In this document: positions 1 through 5,960 of the stretch, piece by piece
How positions within the stretch are numbered: position 1 is the first letter of the stretch
Layout: every line of letters starts with the position of its first letter
Virus record (IMG/VR): IMGVR_UViG_2529292716_000007
DNA from: a virus
Lineage: Duplodnaviria; Heunggongvirae; Uroviricota; Caudoviricetes
Reading direction: 5' to 3' (one strand)
Length of the DNA stretch: 6,699 nt
Notes under the pieces: generated by a model
What the model saw: the letters and a program-made list of their open reading frames with translations, nothing else
Database searches by the model: none
What the model was told of the DNA's origin: nothing
Made by a program: the position numbers and the translations under genes

Positions 1-457
1 TTAAATGTCTTTCCATTCCCTCCCTCGTCCGTCACGGTATTTATCCGTCATGCTGGATGAACGATGTCCAAGGAGCGCCTGAGTGAAATCACCGCCTTTT
101 TCTGCTGAGTGCAGGCGACCGGATAAACTTCGGATTTCATGAAATGGCGGTGGGTCACCTTCCCATTTCAATCCGGATGTGTCTCGGGCAATCCTGAACT
201 GTGCTGCGATTGTCCTGGCTGTCTTCCCTCCGAGTAACTTTTCGTTTTTACCGTTTATTTTTTTCAAGTTATCCAGTACATCGGCAAGTGTTAAATTCAA
301 TCTGGAAATCGTGGTGGGGAGAGAAATGCGAATTTTTGCCCCTGTTTTTTGTTGTTCCACGTATAGCCTGCCATCTCTTATATCCTCCCATCTCATAGCC
401 GCCAGATCTCCTTCGCGCTGTCCTGTTACCAGTGCAAGATCCATGCAAAGGCCGAAC
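1..457 (-). pseudogene. int: Lambda-family tyrosine integrase, C-terminal catalytic fragment; N-terminal part replaced by IS600
   Basis: Minus-strand ORF ends with the stop at 1-3 and a C-terminus ...HEIRSLSGRLH...LLGHRSSSMTDKYRDGRGREWKDI, closely resembling the lambda Int C-terminus (R/H boxes and catalytic Tyr in the LLGH...Y motif). The reading frame runs into the IS600 left end at 458, so the first codons of the track ORF (MSVKLRLPQ) are IS-derived and most of the N-terminus is absent. Confidence 0.8.
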
Positions 458-521
458 TGAGGTAGCCTGAGTTTAACGGACACTCCTTCCTGAAATAGAA
501 TGGCATCAGAAGGAGCTAATA

Positions 522-824
522 ATGAGCAGAAAAACCCAACGTTACTCTAAAGAGTTCAAAGCCGAAGCTGTCAGAACGGTTCCTGAAAATCAACTTTCGA
601 TCAGTGAAGGCGCTTCCCGATTATCTCTTCCTGAAGGCACTTTAGGACAATGGGTTACCGCCGCCAGAAAAGGGCTCGGTACTCCTGGTTCCCGCACGGT
701 GGCTGAACTGGAATCTGAAATTCTGCAACTGCGTAAGGCGTTAAATGAAGCTCGCCTTGAGCGAGATATATTAAAAAAAGCAACAGCGTATTTTGCACAG
801 GAGTCGCTGAAAAATACGCGTTAA
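522..824 (+). CDS. IS600 OrfA, IS3-family transposase N-terminal HTH/leucine-zipper subunit
   Basis: 100-aa ORF MSRKTQRYSKEFKAEAVR... with an HTH and a C-terminal leucine-zipper-like segment (LQLRKALNEARLERDILKKATAYF), the conserved IS3-family OrfA architecture. An A-rich SD-like stretch (AGAAGGAG) lies upstream at about 508-515. Confidence 0.85.
   Translation: MSRKTQRYSKEFKAEAVRTVPENQLSISEGASRLSLPEGTLGQWVTAARKGLGTPGSRTVAELESEILQLRKALNEARLERDILKKATAYFAQESLKNTR
773..780 (+). other. Putative -1 programmed ribosomal frameshift site (A AAA AAA G) joining orfA and orfB
   Basis: A7G run at 773-780 sits in the orfA 0-frame (TTA AAA AAA GCA). A -1 slip puts the ribosome into the orfB frame (start positions congruent to 2 mod 3). 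Position near the 3' end of orfA matches IS3-family frameshift windows. Confidence 0.6.
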
Positions 825-859
825 TCGAACAATGGCGACAACAATTTCCCATTGAAGCG

Positions 860-1678
860 ATGTGTCAGGTATTTGGTGTATCCAGGAGCGGTTATTACAA
901 CTGGGTACAGCATGAACCCTCAGACAGAAAACAAAGTGATGAGCGGCTAAAACTGGAGATTAAGGTGGCACATATCCGCACTCGCGAAACATATGGAACC
1001 CGGCGGCTCCAGACGGAGCTGGCAGAGAATGGCATCATCGTTGGTCGTGACCGACTGGCACGTCTTCGTAAGGAGCTAAGGCTACGCTGTAAGCAGAAAC
1101 GCAAGTTCAGAGCGACTACGAACTCGAACCACAATCTGCCAGTTGCGCCAAATCTGCTGAACCAGACGTTCGCTCCTACAGCACCAAATCAGGTCTGGGT
1201 GGCGGACCTGACGTATGTTGCCACACAGGAGGGATGGTTGTACCTCGCTGGCATCAAAGATGTTTATACGTGCGAAATTGTCGGCTACGCCATGGGAGAG
1301 CGCATGACAAAAGAGCTGACAGGTAAAGCCCTGTTTATGGCGCTCAGGAGCCAGCGCCCACCTGCCGGGCTAATCCACCACTCTGATCGAGGTTCACAGT
1401 ACTGCGCATACGATTACCGGGTCATACAGGAGCAGTCTGGTCTGAAAACATCAATGTCGCGTAAAGGTAACTGTTACGACAACGCTCCGATGGAAAGCTT
1501 CTGGGGAACGCTGAAAAATGAGAGCCTGAGCCACTATCGTTTTAATAACCGGGATGAAGCCATCTCAGTAATACGGGAATACATTGAGATTTTCTACAAT
1601 CGTCAGCGTCGTCACTCTCGTCTGGGGAATATCTCCCCGGCAGCCTTCAGGGAAAAATATCATCAGATGGCTGCTTAA
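860..1678 (+). CDS. IS600 OrfB, DDE transposase catalytic domain, normally made as an OrfAB fusion by -1 frameshifting
   Basis: 272-aa ORF in the -1 frame relative to orfA. It carries the DDE triad context (WVADLTY, HHSDRGSQY, ESFWGTLKNE) typical of IS3-family transposases. The frame is open upstream of the first ATG back towards the slippery site, so the biological product probably spans 522-1678 with a shift near 773-780. Confidence 0.85.
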   Translation: MCQVFGVSRSGYYNWVQHEPSDRKQSDERLKLEIKVAHIRTRETYGTRRLQTELAENGIIVGRDRLARLRKELRLRCKQKRKFRATTNSNHNLPVAPNLLNQTFAPTAPNQVWVADLTYVATQEGWLYLAGIKDVYTCEIVGYAMGERMTKELTGKALFMALRSQRPPAGLIHHSDRGSQYCAYDYRVIQEQSGLKTSMSRKGNCYDNAPMESFWGTLKNESLSHYRFNNRDEAISVIREYIEIFYNRQRRHSRLGNISPAAFREKYHQMAA

Positions 1679-1721
1679 AAAAAGAACAAATGGTAGTGTC
1701 CGCTATTGCCAGTACACCTCA

Positions 1722-2070
1722 ATTGCTCTGCGGCTTCGCTCAGAGCTGGCGTATGTTCCCGGCCTACTGATTCACACAGGTAATCAACGAAACCGGACAC
1801 CAGTTTTCGTTCGCGAGGCGTGATCGCCCCACCGACCGGAGTCCAGTAATCGAAACCCAGTTGCAGGAGTTTGAAAAAACGCTTGTGGAATGCGTAGTTA
1901 CACACACGCTTAAAGTCTGCGTGTATCCACTCACCTATTTTGATTTGATGCAGAAAATCGCAACTCTCCGGCGTCGCCGGGAGAAGTAATCCGGAAGAGG
2001 TTTGTTTGACCAGTTGTATATGTGCCATCGGCTTTCTCCGGTGGCACGGTGTTACACAGCAGGAGTTCAA
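1722..2070 (-). pseudogene. Hypothetical phage protein, 3' end truncated by the IS600 insertion
   Basis: Minus ORF whose last ~15 codons (…RCTGNSGHYHLFFF) lie inside the IS600 right end, so the native C-terminus is missing. Two candidate starts: ATG at 2070 overlapping the upstream stop as ATGA, or ATG at 2028 preceded by GGAGA at about 6 nt. No family recognised. Confidence 0.5.
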
Positions 2071-2354
2071 TCCTGCTCAAGATTGTAGATGAGTTTATTC
2101 TTCAGCAAAAGCAGAAAACCAGCCTTAAAACCAATCTCTTTCAAAACCCGTAATGATGTGACAAATTCGTCCTCACGCAAAATAAAACCGTCCGTCAGAA
2201 GTCCATTACAAAAATAAAATAACACAGCACCGCTCTTCCTTTGTTGAGATTGCAAACATCTAATGCGGCAATGGCTGACAATCGCTCCATTCTCAACGCG
2301 CACAGCATAGAGGCCATTTTCACTAAAAATTTCACGCAATTCTTCGATTTTCAT
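2067..2354 (-). CDS. Hypothetical protein, 95 aa
   Basis: ORF MKIEELREIFSENGLYAVRVENG... with an SD-like GGAAGGA about 10 nt upstream of the ATG at 2354. Its stop overlaps the next start (ATGA at 2067-2070), suggesting translational coupling. Function not recognised. Confidence 0.5.
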   Translation of the reverse strand: MKIEELREIFSENGLYAVRVENGAIVSHCRIRCLQSQQRKSGAVLFYFCNGLLTDGFILREDEFVTSLRVLKEIGFKAGFLLLLKNKLIYNLEQD

Positions 2355-2470
2355 CTTCAGAATCCTTCCAGATAAATAGCTCTCCCCTGTTCGGGGTCCA
2401 TCCCTCTTCTCCCTGCGCGCTACTTAAGTGAGTCGATTCTATCTGCGAAGGTGCGCGAATCAAATTCACC

Positions 2471-2528
2471 GGAAATAAACAACAAAAAACCCGCCGAAAC
2501 GCTGAGAGATCACAGCGATGGGCGGGTT
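2471..2528 (-). terminator. Rho-independent terminator at the 3' end of the hok transcript
   Basis: On the minus strand: GC-rich stem AACCCGCC...GGCGGGTT (plus 2488-2495 / 2521-2528) with a nested stem CGCTG/CAGCG, immediately followed by a U-tract (TTTTTTGTTGTTTATTT, plus 2471-2487). Confidence 0.6.
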
Positions 2529-2603
2529 AAGTGCGGGTGCGTTGAGGATGCCTGACACATCAGAGGTGGGCGGGGATGGGATCAGCTCCCCGCCCGGTCA
2601 CTC

Positions 2604-2759
2604 TTACTTCCTGGATTCGTAGTCTACGAAGACAGCGACCTCCGTCTGGCCGGTTCGGATTCGTACCTCACAGAGGTCTTTCCTCGTTACCAGTGCCGTC
2701 ACTATGACGGTTAAACAGATGACGATCAGGGCGATTAACATCGCCTTTTGCTGCTTCAT
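2604..2759 (-). CDS. hok: Hok/Gef-family type I toxin (small membrane-depolarising peptide)
   Basis: 51-aa product MKQQKAMLIALIVICLTVIVTALVTRKDLCEVRIRTGQTEVAVFVDYESRK: single transmembrane helix plus the conserved RKDLCEVRIRTGQTEVA Hok/Gef periplasmic motif, recalled as near-identical to chromosomal Hok proteins (HokD/RelF, HokC/Gef). AAGGAG SD lies 9 nt upstream of the ATG. Confidence 0.9.
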   Translation of the reverse strand: MKQQKAMLIALIVICLTVIVTALVTRKDLCEVRIRTGQTEVAVFVDYESRK

Positions 2760-2816
2760 AGCCTGCTTCTCCTTGCCTTTCGGCATGTAAGAGGCTAACC
2801 TACATGTGCAAAGCAT
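2604..2816 (-). CDS. mok: Mok-like leader ORF, in-frame N-terminal extension of hok (MLCTCRLASYMPKGKEKQA-Hok)
   Basis: 70-aa ORF from the track; the ML.TCR...K.KEK.AMKQ pattern resembles chromosomal MokC as I recall it. GAGG lies about 9 nt upstream. Assigning a Mok role is by analogy only. Confidence 0.5.
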   Translation of the reverse strand: MLCTCRLASYMPKGKEKQAMKQQKAMLIALIVICLTVIVTALVTRKDLCEVRIRTGQTEVAVFVDYESRK

Positions 2817-2935
2817 GAAATTGGCCTCAGATTAATGTTAAGCGTCTTGCCGGACGCGTAATGTTAACTGGGGCTTTTCTCTATCTGCCTTTTGGTGTTC
2901 ATGCCTGAAGCAGATAGCCTCAAGCACCCGCAGTC

Positions 2936-2965
2936 ATTCTACTTACCTCGCCAATATGAAATCAA
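2936..2965 (-). promoter_or_regulatory. Candidate sigma-70 promoter of the hok/mok mRNA
   Basis: Minus strand reads TTGATT (plus 2960-2965), an 18-nt spacer, then TAGAAT (plus 2936-2941). The predicted start near 2929 puts the 5' element TGCGGGTGCTTGAGG at the transcript start, consistent with the 5'/3' complementary pair noted in the findings. Confidence 0.45.
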
Positions 2966-2986
2966 TCAGAAAGGTGCCCCATAAAA

Positions 2987-3673
2987 TCACTCCTTCTCTT
3001 CTTTACCGTAGTGGAGTTGACCAATTTTGATAAGAGGGCGTCCCTGAGATTTGCGGTGTAGATTGGTATCGCGCAGAGAATACACACAGCCACAATATTC
3101 CTGCTGATAGAATTTTTCGCGCTTGCTGATTTCAATCATACGGGACGAGCCGCCCTGCTTGCGCCAGTTATAATCCCAGTACACCATGCCCGGATAATGC
3201 GCGACGGCTCGCCGCCCACAGTCGTTAACCTGCTGCATATTTTTCCAGCGTGAAATGCCCAGTGAACTGCTGATCACACTGAAACCATTTTCAGCGGCGT
3301 ACAGCGCTGTCCGCTCAAAACGCATGTCAAAACACATGGTGCAACGGATCCCTCGTTCGGGCTCCCATTCCATTCCTTTGGCTCGTTCAAACCAGTTGTC
3401 TGTGTCGTAATCAGCATCAATAAACGGCACGCCGTGTTGTTCAGCAAAGCGAATATTCTCATCCTTACGAATTAAATACTCTTTCTGAGGATGAATGTTC
3501 GGGTTGTAGAAAAAGATGGTGTAGTCGATTCCCGAGGCCTGAAGCGCCTCCATCACCTCACCGGAACATGGAGCACAGCAAGAGTGCAGTAGTAGTTTGT
3601 TTGCCCCGTTTGGGAGCTCCAATTTGGGCCGTTTGAAATCAGCAACTGTCATAAATATGTTTATTGGGGTCAT
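2987..3673 (-). CDS. DUF208/QueH-like (epoxyqueuosine reductase family) putative Fe-S protein, 228 aa
   Basis: ORF with an N-terminal [14 protein letters not shown] motif that I recall as the cluster-binding signature of the QueH/DUF208 family, plus further Cys pairs (CTMCFD, CGCVY). Assignment is from motif memory only. No convincing SD before either candidate start (3673 or 3652). Confidence 0.55.
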   Translation of the reverse strand: MTPINIFMTVADFKRPKLELPNGANKLLLHSCCAPCSGEVMEALQASGIDYTIFFYNPNIHPQKEYLIRKDENIRFAEQHGVPFIDADYDTDNWFERAKGMEWEPERGIRCTMCFDMRFERTALYAAENGFSVISSSLGISRWKNMQQVNDCGRRAVAHYPGMVYWDYNWRKQGGSSRMIEISKREKFYQQEYCGCVYSLRDTNLHRKSQGRPLIKIGQLHYGKEEKE

Positions 3674-3792
3674 AAAAATATCAAAGAGTGTAGCATTAGA
3701 ACGGGGCTATCGGAAACAGATGTGTGACTGCTCCCCGCCCTTTCGGGTGGTCTCCTGATGATTTGAGGGTGCAGAAATCCCTCCGGTTAAGG

Positions 3793-3821
3793 ATTAAATT
3801 TTTAACAGTGCTAAATTTAAT
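3793..3821. promoter_or_regulatory. 9-bp perfect inverted repeat ATTAAATTT-N11-AAATTTAAT; candidate operator/protein-binding site
   Basis: Seen directly: 3793-3801 is the reverse complement of 3813-3821, separated by 11 bp, in an AT-rich intergenic stretch at the stop of the 3821-4234 ORF and upstream of the QueH-like gene. Confidence 0.3.
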
Positions 3822-4234
3822 TATTCAGTTCTGGATTTTGTCGCCCTGCGTATCCGCGCTTTCGCGTTACGCTCAATCTGTATCAGCTTTTCTATATTTC
3901 TCCGCCTTTCCTGTTCCTCCTGGCGCAATAGCCTTACATCATCTGCCAGTCTGGTTTCTCTTTTTGCCACAGAGAGCATCCAGTCAAACGGCTCCACAAC
4001 CGCACCGCAGATTTTACAGCGGACCTGACGCTCTTTTTCGTCAACCCGTACAGAGGCGTGATGGCAATATGGTCTTTCCGATGGCTCATAAAGAAAATTA
4101 ACCTGATTACGAGGGTCATCCTCTTTTACCGGAAATAAAACGATATTGCTTAACTCATCTTCTGGTTTTATTTCCATGCTCCTCTCCTTTGATGCGAATG
4201 CCAGCGGTAATTGAAGCCTGATAGCTAATTTCAT
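3821..4234 (-). CDS. Hypothetical small protein with putative zinc-ribbon (C-H-H...C-x2-C) and basic coiled-coil C-terminus
   Basis: ORF with an AGGAGG SD 11 nt upstream of the ATG at 4234, which directly abuts the stop of the upstream ORF. An alternative start at 4177 (MEIKPEDE...) has AAGGAG 6 nt upstream. Contains YCHHASVRVDEKERQVRCKICG followed by a charged heptad-like tail (LLRQEEQERRRNIEKLIQIERNAKARIRR). Family not recognised. Confidence 0.55.
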   Translation of the reverse strand: MKLAIRLQLPLAFASKERSMEIKPEDELSNIVLFPVKEDDPRNQVNFLYEPSERPYCHHASVRVDEKERQVRCKICGAVVEPFDWMLSVAKRETRLADDVRLLRQEEQERRRNIEKLIQIERNAKARIRRATKSRTE

Positions 4235-4657
4235 TCACAGTATCGCCTCCTGAAAATTACCCTGATAGAAAGCCAGTACACGCTGCATAGCTTCGCTCTT
4301 CCGGCACTCGCGACAGATTATATTCAGGCGCCTGTCGTAGCGGCGTATTTCTCCGTCAGGTAATGACCAGATAAGGTCCGGATCAACAACAACCGGTTTC
4401 CTCACCTTTACTCTCGAGAGTTTTTTGCGGGCGCTTTGCCAGTCCTTGCGAGCCTGTTCAGACGGGAATAAGCCGTAGCCAGAATTATATACATCACCAC
4501 TTGCGACCAGTTCTATGCATAAGCGACCGACAGACGCACGACTGATACCTGTTTCATCTGACAACTGCCGAATCGTGACCCGACCGTCCTGATGCACGAG
4601 TTCCACAATTCGCGTCTTCAGTTCTTCCCGCTGTTCGGGAGTAAAAGGTTTCGCCAT
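4235..4657 (-). CDS. Putative winged-helix DNA-binding protein, 140 aa (possibly YdaW-like)
   Basis: ORF with a strong SD (CAGGAGG) 5 nt upstream of the ATG at 4657, 14 nt after the DnaC-like stop. The N-terminal region (RVTIRQLSDETGISRASVGRLCIELVASGDV) looks like an HTH/winged-helix. Position immediately downstream of the DnaC-like gene matches ydaW in the Rac gene order; homology not verified. Confidence 0.55.
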   Translation of the reverse strand: MAKPFTPEQREELKTRIVELVHQDGRVTIRQLSDETGISRASVGRLCIELVASGDVYNSGYGLFPSEQARKDWQSARKKLSRVKVRKPVVVDPDLIWSLPDGEIRRYDRRLNIICRECRKSEAMQRVLAFYQGNFQEAIL

Positions 4658-4671
4658 AAATCCTCCTGAAA

Positions 4672-5418
4672 CTACTTAACAACCCTCGAATGGCTAACAT
4701 TCGGACGCCAGCTCTCCCAGTTAAAATTCACCCAGCGCCCGCCGTTCATGACCATGCGATCCATCACCCGCTCGCCGAGCAATGTTTTCATCACCTCATA
4801 GTTCAGGTTTGTCAGCATCCCCACGCTGCGCATCGACGCTGTCCGGCGATCAACAATCTGGTGCAGCACCACCTGCTCGTTTTTCGTCTCGCGCTGAATG
4901 CCAATTTCATCAAGAACCAGCAGATCCACTTCGCACAGCTCCCGCAAAAATTTTTCGCCTGACTGCCCGTCGTCATAGCTGGCGTGCAGGGCGCTCATAA
5001 CATCAGCCACGGTAACCACAATCACTGTCTGACCGTCTTTCAGCAGGCGATTCCCGATAGCTGCCGCTAAGTGATTCTTCCCGGTACCAGGTTTTCCGCT
5101 GAACGCAAAATTTGTACACCCGGTCATCAGTTCATCGGCGATGGATTTCGCCTGGCTTAACGCGTATCGCTGGCCGTCGTTCTGCACCTGGTAATTCGCA
5201 AACGAGCATTTACGGTGCAACGGCTGGATGCCTGAGCGATTCAGAATTTTTTCCACCCGCAACTGGCGATTCAGGCGGTTGATCTCCTCGCTACGTTTCT
5301 GGCCTTCAGCAAGTTGCCACTCGCGCCACTCCGCTACCGTTCTGAATGGGGCGGTTACATGTGGCGGGGTCAGTCGGCGGATGCGTTCCAGAACGCCGCC
5401 TGTCGCAATATTTTTCAT
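4672..5418 (-). CDS. ydaV: DnaC-like AAA+ helicase loader, prophage replication protein (YdaV-like)
   Basis: 248-aa ORF with Walker A (FSGKPGTGKNHLAAAIG) and Walker B (DLLVLDEIG), the DnaC/IstB-like ATPase fold. Length and N-terminus MKNIATG... match my recollection of Rac prophage YdaV. It follows the initiator gene with a 6-nt gap, as in phage O/P-type modules. Confidence 0.8.
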   Translation of the reverse strand: MKNIATGGVLERIRRLTPPHVTAPFRTVAEWREWQLAEGQKRSEEINRLNRQLRVEKILNRSGIQPLHRKCSFANYQVQNDGQRYALSQAKSIADELMTGCTNFAFSGKPGTGKNHLAAAIGNRLLKDGQTVIVVTVADVMSALHASYDDGQSGEKFLRELCEVDLLVLDEIGIQRETKNEQVVLHQIVDRRTASMRSVGMLTNLNYEVMKTLLGERVMDRMVMNGGRWVNFNWESWRPNVSHSRVVK

Positions 5419-5772
5419 GGTCCGTTACCCCCTGAAGCCTGGCGGGATCGCACTGTCCGGCAACGAGACGGTGTTAACCTGTCGGAGCAACGTCTCAGGC
5501 CGAACACCTTTCGGCGCGAACAGGCCCTGGTATTCATTGGCGATGCTGTGTCGAATCACCTGCTCAGGTGTAAAACCCTGCTGACGGAATTTTTCCAGTT
5601 CCCGTATCGCCCCGTTAGCGCCCTGCTCCGTTCGAATCGGTTTTCGCAATGCCTGTCTGAACCGGACCCACTCATGCCAGAGTGTTTCCGGCAACCAATC
5701 GGGCAGCTCAATAGCCTCCGGCTCGAATTTTTTAGACGCTCGTTTTTGGCGAGGGGGAGATCAGTATTTAGA

Positions 5773-5817
5773 TCTTCCTCTTCCTCTTCCTCTTCCTCTT
5801 CCTCTTCCTCTTCCTCT
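5773..5817. repeat. Hexanucleotide microsatellite (TCTTCC)7.5, i.e. (GAAGAG)n on the coding strand, encoding a poly-Glu tract
   Basis: Seen directly: 45 bp of perfect TCTTCC repeats. In the minus frame that is open across it, it reads as 14 consecutive Glu; the other two minus frames read (RG)n and (KR)n. Confidence 0.95.
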
Positions 5818-5960
5818 GGTAACGCTTTTTGATCCGTTTGTGTAACGCTGGCAGCGTTACCTTTTCGTTTCAGTTCGCGTATTTTTGTTACTCGCTCGTT
5901 TGTAACCGCCCGTTTTTTTTAGAGCTTTTTCCGTTATGACGTTCAAAGTTAGGTAGAGAA
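5818..5960. repeat. Iteron-like repeat cluster (GTAAC core, including a perfect 9-bp palindrome) adjacent to a T-rich tract; candidate phage origin embedded in the initiator gene
   Basis: GTAACGC at 5819 and 5842; palindrome GTAACGCTG-G-CAGCGTTAC at 5842-5860; TTTTGTTAC at 5882-5890; TTTGTAACCGCC at 5899-5910; then T8 and an AT-rich stretch at 5911-5960. Lambdoid origins lie inside the initiator gene as iterons plus an AT-rich region. Confidence 0.35.

Larger units (their letters stand above)
458..1721 (+). mobile_element. IS600 (IS3 family), complete copy, 1264 bp
   Basis: Imperfect terminal inverted repeats of about 27-30 bp starting TGAGGT at 458 and ending ACCTCA at 1721 (TG...CA ends typical of the IS3 family). 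The length of 1264 bp matches IS600. Internal orfA/orfB are arranged in the 0/-1 frames with an A7G slippery run. The OrfA and OrfB proteins are recognised from memory as the IS600 11-kDa and 31-kDa proteins. Confidence 0.85.

Noticed and set aside
179-460. Plus-strand ORFs (93 aa and 65 aa) overlapping the integrase fragment
   Set aside because: They are antisense to a clearly recognisable integrase reading frame, have low-complexity composition and lack start signals.
655-1134. Minus-strand ORFs (65 aa and 79 aa) inside IS600
   Set aside because: They are antisense to the well-supported IS600 orfA and orfB and are typical spurious ORFs.
1584-1823. 79-aa plus-strand ORF spanning the IS600 right end
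   Set aside because: It crosses the IS boundary, overlaps the orfB 3' end and the truncated minus-strand gene, and has no SD sequence.
2842-2917. Palindrome GCGTC-ttgccg-GACGC and inverted repeat CTATCTGC/GCAGATAG considered as sok promoter or terminator
   Set aside because: They lie in the hok mRNA leader and are more likely part of its secondary structure. No adjacent U-tract or convincing -35/-10 pair was found, so Sok could not be mapped and is mentioned only within the hok finding.
3733-3750. Hairpin CCGCCC-TTTC-GGGTGG considered as a terminator
   Set aside because: The stem is short, contains a wobble or mismatch depending on strand, and is not followed by a U-tract on either strand.
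3274-4119. Track ORFs at 3274-3462 (-), 3724-4101 (+) and 3934-4119 (-)
   Set aside because: They lie within or antisense to the better-supported QueH-like and zinc-ribbon ORFs and lack ribosome-binding sites.
4690-5584. Plus-strand ORFs (90, 72 and 118 aa) opposite the DnaC-like gene
   Set aside because: They are antisense to a gene with clear Walker A/B motifs and have Pro/Arg/Ser-rich composition typical of GC-rich antisense frames.
5314-5832. 172-aa plus-strand ORF ending in a poly-serine run
   Set aside because: It is antisense to the DnaC-like and initiator genes, and the poly-Ser is just the TCTTCC microsatellite read on the wrong strand. No independent start signal supports it.
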